Origin: Candidatus Levyibacteriota bacterium
Lineage (GTDB): Bacteria > Patescibacteriota > Microgenomatia > Levybacterales > UBA12049
Assembly (NCBI GenBank): GCA_963722305.1
Contig: CAVRKE010000002.1
Location: 251,878 to 315,877, forward strand
Direction: 5' to 3'
Length of the DNA: 64,000 nucleotides
Below the pieces are notes generated by a model. It had not been told where the DNA came from and did not search any database. It was given only the letters and a program-made list of their open reading frames with translations. The position numbers and the translations under genes were made by a program. Each line of letters opens with the position of its first letter. The first letter of the stretch is position 1. This document shows, piece by piece, positions 1 to 8,235 of the stretch.

Positions 1-1017
1 TCCGTTTTTGGCCAGTTTTCCTTCAACAATCATCCTGGATAGCCTTCTGGCGATTGTCGAAAGCGTCCTTTCCAGACTTCTTATTCCGGAATCATAACCC
101 AATGGTCTAATAATTGTTGGCCAAATTGTTTCGTCAATGCTTAATTTTAGTTCCGCCAGTCCAGCTTCCTGTTTAATCCTTGGGAAGAGATAATTTTTGG
201 CGATGGTGGTTTTTTCTTCATCCGAATAAGCAGGCATTTGAATAATTTCCATCCTGTCTAAAACGGCTGTTGAAAGATTAGTCGTATTGTTTGCCGTGGC
301 AATAAACAGCACATGGGAAAGATCAAAAGGATAATCAATGTAATGGTCGGTGAATTCCTTATTTTGTTCCGGGTCCAAAAGCTCAATCAGGACTCCCATG
401 ATATCCGCCCTGGCGTCTTCGGCAACCCTGTCCAATTCATCCAGAAGAATGACACAATTTTTACTCTCTGCACGGACAAGCTTTTTGATAACTTGCCCCG
501 GTTCCGCATCGGGAAAAACCCTTGACTGTCCTCTTAAAGCCAGTGAGTCGCCCATTCCGCCAAGAGGTATTCTTTCAAACTTTCTACCCAGTGCTTCGGC
601 AATTGAGATTGCCAGAGAAGTTTTTCCCGTTCCCACTAAACCAACCAGACAAAGAACAGGTGCTCTCAGCTCACCGGTCGAAGATTCCTGCATACTTAAA
701 ATAATTGCCGATAAATATTCCAAAATGGTATTTTTAACATTTTCCAACCCGTAATGATTTTTGTCCAGAATCTGTTTTACTTGACTTAAATCCATCACTT
801 CTTGAGTTTCTTTATTAAAAGGAAGCGCCAAAACCCAATCTATATAATTTTCAATACTTTCATAATTAACAAAACTGCCGGTTCCGGTCTTAAGACCTGT
901 TTTAAGAATAGTCAACATTATCGTTATCTTCTCCAATAAATCCGGCGGAAGGCTGGCAGTTCTTACTTTTTCTTCTAATTTTTGTATTTGTGAATCAACC
1001 GAAAGGGCAGGATCCAT
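1..1017 (-). CDS. lon: Lon-like ATP-dependent protease, AAA+ region (partial; C-terminus lies beyond the window edge). Short form with no large N-domain.
   Basis: Minus-strand ORF not in the ORF track because it runs off the window. Translation from the ATG at 1015-1017: MDPALSVDSQIQKLEEKVRTASLPP...DHYGLENVKNTILEYLSAIIL...LCLVGLVGTGKTSLAISIAEALGRKFERIPLGG. The Walker A motif and the Lon-specific DHYGL...VK motif are both present. Confidence 0.7.
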   Translation of the reverse strand, partial: MDPALSVDSQIQKLEEKVRTASLPPDLLEKITIMLTILKTGLKTGTGSFVNYESIENYIDWVLALPFNKETQEVMDLSQVKQILDKNHYGLENVKNTILEYLSAIILSMQESSTGELRAPVLCLVGLVGTGKTSLAISIAEALGRKFERIPLGGMGDSLALRGQSRVFPDAEPGQVIKKLVRAESKNCVILLDELDRVAEDARADIMGVLIELLDPEQNKEFTDHYIDYPFDLSHVLFIATANNTTNLSTAVLDRMEIIQMPAYSDEEKTTIAKNYLFPRIKQEAGLAELKLSIDETIWPTIIRPLGYDSGIRSLERTLSTIARRLSRMIVEGKLAKNG

Positions 1018-1065
1018 ACTTATATGATAGCAGATTTAAACATTAATAAGATACCAAATGGTGGT

Positions 1066-3360
1066 TTAATAGCGGGGCTTGCGGTCGCGGCTATAGCCTG
1101 ACCTTGTGCCGGTTCTGTTTCTCCAATCGCCTGTTCCCGAAACTATTCTCTCACGCCTGAATTGTTTTGCCAACGGATGTTCGCTTGGTGTTCGGGGCTG
1201 ATAAGTACCGCCGCCGACTGGCGCTCCGATTGATCGTGGTGCTTTTGGCTTGTCCGCATCTTCGCCGAAAAGCATCGAGAGATTGATTCTTCCTTGCTCG
1301 TCAATTTCTACCACTCTGACTTTAACTTTTTGTCCGATTTGTACAACGTCGTTTGGATCTTTGACAAACTCGGTCGACATCTTGGAAACGTGCACCATTC
1401 CTTCTTTGCCGGGTAAAATCTCGACAAATGCTCCGAAAGGAAGAATTCTTTTTACTTCACCTTCAAAAGTCTCGCCGGGCTGGACCTCGCGAACAAGACC
1501 CGTTACCCAATCAACCGCTTTTTTAACCGCTTCTTCCTCTGTTCCGGAAATAGCAATTGTGCCATCGTCCTCAACATCAACCTGTGCACCTGTCGTCGCA
1601 ATAATATTTTTGATTACTTTTCCACCCGGTCCGATTACTTCGCCGATTTTGTCAACCGGAATCTTGACCAGCTCAATCTTTGGCGCGTATTGTGAAATTG
1701 AAGCACGCGGTTTGGGCATCGCCGTTTTGATTACTTCCAGAATTTGCAGCCTTGCCTCTTTCGCCCTTTGCAGAATTGCTTTAATTTGTTCAACCGCCAG
1801 CCCTGGAATTTTAACGTCCAACTGAATTGCGGTCACTCCCTCATCTGTTCCGGCCACTTTAAAGTCCATGTCTCCGGAAAAATCTTCCAGACCGATAATG
1901 TCAGTCAAAAGTTCGTAACGTTTTTCATCCGACATCATGCCAATGGAAATTCCGGCCACCGGCTTAACAATTGGCACACCGGCGTCCATTAAAGCCAAGG
2001 TTGAACCGCAGGTTGAAGCCATTGAACTTGAACCGTTTTGCGATAAAACTTCCGAAACAACCCTGATGGTGTAAGGAAAAACTTCCTGCTTTGGAATTAC
2101 CGCTAAAAGGGCTCTTTCCGCCAGCGCCCCATGCCCGATTTCCCGTCTCGATGGCGTTCCGACTCTTCCGGTTTGGCCGAATGAATACGGCAATCCCGAA
2201 TAGTGGTGGATGTAGCGTTTTGTTTCTTCGCCTTCTGCGGATTCAATGAGCTGTTCCATGCGTGGAGAGCCTAAAGTCACAATTGATAAAGCTTGTGTAA
2301 TGCCTCGTTGAAAAATTGCCGACCCGTGAGTCCTTGGTAAAATCCCAACCGATGCACTAATCTCTCTAATTTCGTCTAATTTCCTCCCGTCGGCTCTTTT
2401 CTTTTTGTCCAAAACGTCCAGGCGGATTATTTTGTACATCACTTTTTCCAGCGCTTGTAAAATTATTTTTTTATCCAATTCGTTACCGGGATTGCCGATT
2501 TTATAATCTTCATATATTTTTGTCACCAACTCTTCCGTATCGTCTCCGCCCGATTCTTTGTTCGCTCTTCCCACGATTAAAGCTTTGATGTCTTCCTTGT
2601 AGGTTTTTTCAATTATGGCAATTGCTTCGTGTACTAGCGGCTCGTCCGGAACTTCCAGTTTTTTTTGTCCGGCTTTCTTTATCAAATCTTCAATCAGGCC
2701 GATTATCTTTTTGGTTTCAACGTGCGCTTTTTCCACCGACTCAACCAGAACTTCTTCGCTGACCTGACTAGCTCCTGCTTCAATCATCACGGTCTTATCT
2801 TTTGATTGGGAAACAATAATATCCAAAGCCGAGAGCTCCGCTTCGGCGCTTGATGGATTAACAATAAATTCGGCGCCTGAACCATTTTCTTTAACGTAAC
2901 CCATGCGCACCGCAGCGATTGGACCATTCCAGGGAATTCGCGAAATTGCCAAAGCTGCCGAAACCGCATTCAGGGCTAAAATATCAGGTTCTGTTTCTCC
3001 GTCAACCGAGAGAACGGTGATGATTACCTGAACTTCATTTTTGAAAGCTTTTGGAAAAAGTGGCCTAATTGACCTGTCAATGACTCTTCCCGCCAAAATC
3101 GCCTCATCCGACGGCCGGCCTTCTCTTTTAACCCATCTTGAACCTTTTATCTTTCCGCCGGCATAAAGCCTTTCACCATATTCGACCGATAAGGGAAAAT
3201 AATCCAGTTCTGTTTTACCGCCTTCAACTACGGTGACTAAAACGACTGTTTCTCCAAGCCGCGCCAAAACAGAAGCTGTCGCTTGTAAGGCTAATTCACC
3301 TGTCTCGAGCGTTAATGTCTTGCCCGCAAATTCTAAACTGACCGAGGTTTTTTTCATCAA
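1066..3360 (-). CDS. pnp: Polyribonucleotide nucleotidyltransferase (PNPase)
   Basis: 764 aa. Two RNase PH domains plus KH and S1 domains; full-length similarity to PNPase. Confidence 0.95.
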   Translation of the reverse strand: MMKKTSVSLEFAGKTLTLETGELALQATASVLARLGETVVLVTVVEGGKTELDYFPLSVEYGERLYAGGKIKGSRWVKREGRPSDEAILAGRVIDRSIRPLFPKAFKNEVQVIITVLSVDGETEPDILALNAVSAALAISRIPWNGPIAAVRMGYVKENGSGAEFIVNPSSAEAELSALDIIVSQSKDKTVMIEAGASQVSEEVLVESVEKAHVETKKIIGLIEDLIKKAGQKKLEVPDEPLVHEAIAIIEKTYKEDIKALIVGRANKESGGDDTEELVTKIYEDYKIGNPGNELDKKIILQALEKVMYKIIRLDVLDKKKRADGRKLDEIREISASVGILPRTHGSAIFQRGITQALSIVTLGSPRMEQLIESAEGEETKRYIHHYSGLPYSFGQTGRVGTPSRREIGHGALAERALLAVIPKQEVFPYTIRVVSEVLSQNGSSSMASTCGSTLALMDAGVPIVKPVAGISIGMMSDEKRYELLTDIIGLEDFSGDMDFKVAGTDEGVTAIQLDVKIPGLAVEQIKAILQRAKEARLQILEVIKTAMPKPRASISQYAPKIELVKIPVDKIGEVIGPGGKVIKNIIATTGAQVDVEDDGTIAISGTEEEAVKKAVDWVTGLVREVQPGETFEGEVKRILPFGAFVEILPGKEGMVHVSKMSTEFVKDPNDVVQIGQKVKVRVVEIDEQGRINLSMLFGEDADKPKAPRSIGAPVGGGTYQPRTPSEHPLAKQFRRERIVSGTGDWRNRTGTRSGYSRDRKPRY

Positions 3361-3371
3361 ATATTTATTAA

Positions 3372-3641
3372 TTAATCTTTCAATCCAACTCTTTTTGCAA
3401 TCGTGGAGGACCTGCCTTTATCCACTTTCTCTAAAAAGTTAAGGAGTCTTCTTCTTTTGGCAATCATTGATAACAGTCCGCGCCTGGAATGATTGTCATG
3501 CGCGTGGGCTTTTAAATGTTCTGTTAATCTTTCAATCCGGTAAGTTAACAATGCCACCTGCACCTCAGGACTACCGGTATCTCCTTGAACGGTTTGGAAT
3601 TCTTTAATTATATCTTTTTTCTGGGAAGGACTCAGTGGCAT
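3372..3641 (-). CDS. rpsO: 30S ribosomal protein S15
   Basis: 89 aa. The conserved S15 sequence (…[26 protein letters not shown]…) is present. It sits immediately upstream of pnp, as in canonical operons. Confidence 0.95.
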   Translation of the reverse strand: MPLSPSQKKDIIKEFQTVQGDTGSPEVQVALLTYRIERLTEHLKAHAHDNHSRRGLLSMIAKRRRLLNFLEKVDKGRSSTIAKRVGLKD

Positions 3642-3707
3642 AAATCTTAAATTCTGTTTTAAATCTTGTTAATTATAGCAGTTATCTTTTGCTTTTACAA
3701 TGGTCTA

Positions 3708-4724
3708 TTAGAAGTTGGTTGAACCTTTATAGATTTTTGGCTCCAACCAATCTTCCGGAGCATTATCGTCCTGGGTTGATTGCTGGATTTGCGGTTGTAC
3801 TTGCGGTTGAGGGTGAACACGCGCTGTTTTAGGTTGTGCTGAAGGTGTAAACCTGGGTTTTAAATCCGGTTTTAGTTCTCTTTCCAATTCTTGTACAGTT
3901 TTTGTAGGACGAAGCTCATCAAAACCCGTTTCTAAAAAAGGTTTTTCTGCCTGTTCCTCAAAGTCAACCGACAATTTTCTTCTTGGCATTGTCGGATTCG
4001 GTCTCAAAGCTCCATTTCTCATCAAAACTCCTGCCATTTCAAACGCCAAGGAACTGGTTTGGGGGTCCTGGAAATTATTGGTGGCCGTTGCAATTCCCAA
4101 CATCAAATTTTGGGAAATATCCAAATCCATTTTAAGCCCGGTAGAAAGAATCACGTTAGCGACCGCTTCCGAAACAGAAGAAAACTTTGCGGAAACCATT
4201 ACAATATCACCAAAACCCTGATTATCCGGCTTATTATCGATGTTTACAACCACCGTATCTTTTAAAACTGCCGGGTCAAACAAATGAGCAAGGTCCGAGA
4301 CTCTGGCTGCGCCGACAATAAACAGCAATTCTGGGGCACTTGTTCCCCTGGTAAATTTGACGTCTTTTTCGGAGAAATTTAAACCTTTTTCTCCGGCTTT
4401 TACCACAATATTCAGAAAGTTTTCGTCTCTGGTATAGGAAACTTTTTCGATTTCTCCTTCTCTGTAGGGAAAAGAAACAACTAAATCTCCGGATGCTTCG
4501 CCAATGCTTGTTTTTACTTCATCTATTCCAACCAGCGAAGAAACTTCAACTAATGGGGTGTTTGGAGTGGCAATACTTAACGACTTGCCTAAATCCTCAA
4601 GCGAAAGGTACAACGAAAGGGCCGCTCCCATTTCATCAACCGTCGGGTCAACCGGTGCGGCAATAGCAATTTTAGTATATTTATCTACTGCTTCTTTAAT
4701 TTTATTTATAGCTAAATTATCCAT
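3708..4724 (-). CDS. DHH/DHHA1-family phosphoesterase-like protein (NrnA/CnpB-like) with degenerate catalytic motifs
   Basis: 338 aa with NrnA-like architecture in the infB-...-rpsO operon (the same position as the Mycobacterium CnpB gene after rbfA). The DHH motif positions read ...AAPVDPTVDEMGAA... and ...NIDNKPDNQGFGD..., so the His and Asp residues are replaced. A Pro/Gln-rich C-terminal tail is present. Confidence 0.6.
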   Translation of the reverse strand: MDNLAINKIKEAVDKYTKIAIAAPVDPTVDEMGAALSLYLSLEDLGKSLSIATPNTPLVEVSSLVGIDEVKTSIGEASGDLVVSFPYREGEIEKVSYTRDENFLNIVVKAGEKGLNFSEKDVKFTRGTSAPELLFIVGAARVSDLAHLFDPAVLKDTVVVNIDNKPDNQGFGDIVMVSAKFSSVSEAVANVILSTGLKMDLDISQNLMLGIATATNNFQDPQTSSLAFEMAGVLMRNGALRPNPTMPRRKLSVDFEEQAEKPFLETGFDELRPTKTVQELERELKPDLKPRFTPSAQPKTARVHPQPQVQPQIQQSTQDDNAPEDWLEPKIYKGSTNF

Positions 4725-4766
4725 ATAATTTAATTGAAAATCGATAATTGATTATTGAGAATTATT

Positions 4767-6254
4767 TCAGCTATGGGATATTACCACATCTCCTATAGTA
4801 AAGTCAAGGAACGGGGTGAGAATTACTCCTCCTTCGCCTCCGGCTTCTATCTTTGAGGCTTGCTCCTTGCCTTGCCTAACCGAGGAAACATGACTTTCGC
4901 CTAAAATTTCGTCGTTTCTCATCAGCCTGACTTTGTCTCCTTTGGCAATTCTTCCTTCGCTGACCTTTATTCCGCAAACCTGCGTTTTTTCATAAGGAAA
5001 ACTGGCCAAAATCTTGGCAATACCCATTATTTCTTCCTGTAAAGCATCCAGTTTTCCTTGAACAAAATCGTTAATTTCATCAATCATTTCGTAAATTATG
5101 GTGTAAGTCTTAACCAATACTTTTTCCGTTCTGGCTAATTTGGCCATTTCCGGTTTCAATCTGACATTAAACCCCAAGATAATTGCGCCGGTTGATTTGG
5201 CAAACAGAATATCCGAAACTTCAATATCACCGGTTTTCTGGGAAATAAATTTAACATTTTCTTCGGAAATTGAATGTACTATTGCCTCTAAAGAACCCTG
5301 ATTATCGGCACAAAGAATAATCGACAATAATTTTTTCTCTTCCATGTCAAAAGGCGAAACAGATTCTTTTGGTAACTGATTTTCTTCCTGGTAAATTAGC
5401 GGTGGTGTTTCCAGCACTTTTGCTGTGTTTGAAACGACACTGCCGACCTTTGGCACTTTTTCAAAACCCAAAACTTCTACCGCTTCACCAACACTTACTT
5501 CCTGCAAATTTTTACCCTGGTCCGAGATTAAGTTTCTGACCTTCCCTTTTGTATCATCCGAGAAAATCTCATCTCGAAGTTTAAGTCTGCCGTTTTTAAC
5601 CACTACTGTCGCTCTAGGGCCTGATTTTTGATCCATTTTCGATTCAATCACAATCCCCATAAAAGCACTGTTTGCACTGAAAGGATAAAAATTAGCCTCC
5701 CTTTTCAGTTCGTAAACTAAAAGTATTAAATCCAAAAGCTGTTTGACGTTATGTCCGGTTTTACCGGAAACTTCGATTATCGGCACATCTCCACCACTAT
5801 AGCCCTCAAGTGACACTCCTTCTTTCAAGAGTTGCTGTTTGGCTTTATCCGGTAGTTTTGCGGGATCATCAGATTTGGTTAGGGCAACGATAAACGGAAT
5901 TTTTGAGTTCTTTAGAAGCGCAATACTTTCTTTGGTTTGCGGCATAACGCCATCAACGCTTGAAACAACTAAAATTCCGACGTCTGCGGCTTGGACGCCG
6001 CGTCCGCGCATTTGGAAAAAGGCCTCATGGCCTGGAGTATCAATAAAAGTTATTTTGCGTTTTTTACCCTCGTGCTCGATCTCTATTTCCGAAGCGCCGA
6101 TTTTTTGGGTAATTCCTCCGTGCTCCCGGCTTGCAACATTAGTTTTTCTGACGGCATCCAAAAGAGTCGTTTTTCCGTGGTCAACGTGGCCTAAAACCGC
6201 TACTACCGGTGGGTAGAATTGCTTGTTTGAAATATTTTCACTTTTGTCTTCCAT
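4767..6254 (-). CDS. infB: Translation initiation factor IF-2 (short form lacking the long N-terminal region)
   Basis: 495 aa. G-domain motifs GHVDHGKTTLLD, DTPGHEAF and TKSD, followed by the beta-barrel C-terminal domains. Confidence 0.9.
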   Translation of the reverse strand: MEDKSENISNKQFYPPVVAVLGHVDHGKTTLLDAVRKTNVASREHGGITQKIGASEIEIEHEGKKRKITFIDTPGHEAFFQMRGRGVQAADVGILVVSSVDGVMPQTKESIALLKNSKIPFIVALTKSDDPAKLPDKAKQQLLKEGVSLEGYSGGDVPIIEVSGKTGHNVKQLLDLILLVYELKREANFYPFSANSAFMGIVIESKMDQKSGPRATVVVKNGRLKLRDEIFSDDTKGKVRNLISDQGKNLQEVSVGEAVEVLGFEKVPKVGSVVSNTAKVLETPPLIYQEENQLPKESVSPFDMEEKKLLSIILCADNQGSLEAIVHSISEENVKFISQKTGDIEVSDILFAKSTGAIILGFNVRLKPEMAKLARTEKVLVKTYTIIYEMIDEINDFVQGKLDALQEEIMGIAKILASFPYEKTQVCGIKVSEGRIAKGDKVRLMRNDEILGESHVSSVRQGKEQASKIEAGGEGGVILTPFLDFTIGDVVISHS

Positions 6255-6313
6255 AAATTATTTTCATTTTCCGACAAGCTTACATTTTTGAAAAAAATAT
6301 AATTTCTCATAGT

Positions 6314-7624
6314 CTAACTGGTCTTGTCGGCAACTTTTGTTTTAGTTTCTGTTTGAACGGGTTCTGCAGCTGCTTTAACAACTACTCCTTTTGGAGCAGC
6401 AGCTTCAGGCGCCTCTTCAACCTTATTTTCCTGAACTGGCTCCGCTGTTTCCTCTTTAACTTCAGCTTCCGTTTTTGACTCCGCTTGTTGTTCTTCCTTC
6501 GGTTCTTCTTTTTTTTCTTCTTTTTCCGCTGCGCTGGATTTCGTTTCGCTCAAATTCCCCTCAACTTTTTCCTCTTTTGATTTTTTCTCTTCTGCGCTTG
6601 GCTTTGTTTCAACTTTTTCTCCTTGCCCTTCCGTAGCTTTAGCGGAGGAGGGCTCCGGCGGAAATTGCGAAAGTTTTTCATCACCCTCAATTTCAATTCT
6701 GTAGCCGGTCAGTTTTGAAGCCAATCTGACATTTTGTCCATCTTTTCCGATTGCCAAAGACAGCTCCTCCGGCGCAACCGAAACGCGGGCTACTTTTTCT
6801 TTCTCGTCAATTTCTACCTGCAGCTGTTTTGCCGGAGACAAGGCCTGGGCAACATAACTTTTGGAATTTTCCTGCCATTGGATAATGTCTATTTTTTCGA
6901 TACCGTTGAATTCCTGAATGATGGCTTGAACCCTGACGCCTTTTTGTCCGACGCAACTGCCAACCGGGTCAATTCCGGGTTGATTGGACGAAACCGCCAC
7001 CTTACTTCTGTTCCCCGGCTCTCTGACAATTTGCTTTATTTCAACCGCACCTTGGGCAACTTCAGGCACTTCCCGCTTAAACAGCCCTTCCAAAAGACCA
7101 TTATTCGCTCTGGAAACAACTACTTCTTCCCCTTTTAGTCCCTCTTTTATTTCCAGAACATAGATCACCAGTCTTTGATTAAGATGGTATTTTTCGTTGG
7201 GAATTTGTTCTGCTGGCGGCATGATTGCTTCAGTCTTACCAACGTCAACAATGACATTTGGTCCGGCAAAGCGAAGAACCATTCCATTCACAATCGTACC
7301 AATTTTTAATTTAAAGTCGGAAATAATTGCTTCTTTTTCTTTTTCTCTGATTTTTTGCAAAATTACCTGTTTGGCTGTTTGGGCGGCGATTCTTCCAAAT
7401 CCCGGAGGAGTGACATCTTCGCCTTTATGGAAAATTTTAGCTTCACCCGTATTCGCATCTAAGGTTGCCGTATACTCTTCAAGTTCGGTTCCGGGATGGT
7501 CTTTTCGATAAGCAGCCAAAATTGCGTTTTTAACCGTGTCCAAAACAATAGCCGGATCCAGGCCTCTTTCGTTTGAGACCTGATTTAGGGCAAGAGCGAA
7601 TTCACTTCTTTGTATCGCTGGCAT
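6314..7624 (-). CDS. nusA: Transcription termination/antitermination factor NusA with an acidic, lysine-rich C-terminal tail
   Basis: 436 aa. NusA N-terminal, S1 and KH domains. It is upstream of infB in a conserved operon and carries a low-complexity EK-rich tail. Confidence 0.9.
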   Translation of the reverse strand: MPAIQRSEFALALNQVSNERGLDPAIVLDTVKNAILAAYRKDHPGTELEEYTATLDANTGEAKIFHKGEDVTPPGFGRIAAQTAKQVILQKIREKEKEAIISDFKLKIGTIVNGMVLRFAGPNVIVDVGKTEAIMPPAEQIPNEKYHLNQRLVIYVLEIKEGLKGEEVVVSRANNGLLEGLFKREVPEVAQGAVEIKQIVREPGNRSKVAVSSNQPGIDPVGSCVGQKGVRVQAIIQEFNGIEKIDIIQWQENSKSYVAQALSPAKQLQVEIDEKEKVARVSVAPEELSLAIGKDGQNVRLASKLTGYRIEIEGDEKLSQFPPEPSSAKATEGQGEKVETKPSAEEKKSKEEKVEGNLSETKSSAAEKEEKKEEPKEEQQAESKTEAEVKEETAEPVQENKVEEAPEAAAPKGVVVKAAAEPVQTETKTKVADKTS

Positions 7625-7710
7625 AGTAACAATTTTAAATTTAAAATTGTATATGAGAGTATACCATTTTTGAGAGAGCGCTTCAACCGTCGGATTAAGA
7701 GTTCTTGAGC

Positions 7711-8202
7711 TTATTTCGTGCCAGACGAAGAAGGCAGAGAAGTTTTAGTTTGCACTGGAGACGGTGGACACGCGTTCGTTCCTACGTAGGTCGGACAAGC
7801 TATTCCGGATTTTGGTATACAAGTTGGCCTGGGTGTGCAAGTTAGCTTTGGTGTTAACGTCGGTTTTGGTGTTGGAATTGGGGTTGGACAAACAATTTTA
7901 GCCACGTACTTGACGGTACTTAACATTGTTTGTGTTGCGCACATTGCTCCCCAAGTTTTTGCGTTAGTGCCGTTTTGTTGCAAAATTATGGCCACGCTTC
8001 CTTTTGTAAGCTGAACACAGGTTGCGCAAGTTAAGGAAGATGGAACAGGACCGGTAGTTGTGCCCAAAACTACGTTCTCCGAATTTGGATTAACGGACTT
8101 AAAAATGAATAAAGACAACAGAGAAACAATCACCAGCAAAACAATGACTGTCAGAAGAAGATACTTGATGACGTTTTTTTCTCGCGACGTTCTTTTTGCC
8201 AT
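7711..8202 (-). CDS. Hypothetical membrane-anchored Cys/Pro/Thr-rich protein
   Basis: 163 aa. One N-terminal TM helix, then an extracytoplasmic part with many Cys and PTP repeats. Confidence 0.5.
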   Translation of the reverse strand: MAKRTSREKNVIKYLLLTVIVLLVIVSLLSLFIFKSVNPNSENVVLGTTTGPVPSSLTCATCVQLTKGSVAIILQQNGTNAKTWGAMCATQTMLSTVKYVAKIVCPTPIPTPKPTLTPKLTCTPRPTCIPKSGIACPTYVGTNACPPSPVQTKTSLPSSSGTK

Positions 8203-8235
8203 CTAAGGTAATATAGTCACAAATTTTTGTTCTTG

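Noticed and set aside
313-754. Plus-strand ORFs 313..525, 350..754 and 522..704
   Set aside because: They lie antisense within the well-supported Lon AAA+ coding region on the minus strand and have no homology-like features.
1250-1992. Antisense ORFs inside pnp, and analogous ORFs inside dnaK, the ClpB-like gene, groEL, infB and nusA. One example range is given.
   Set aside because: They overlap strongly supported genes on the opposite strand, and their low-complexity translations are typical of shadow ORFs.
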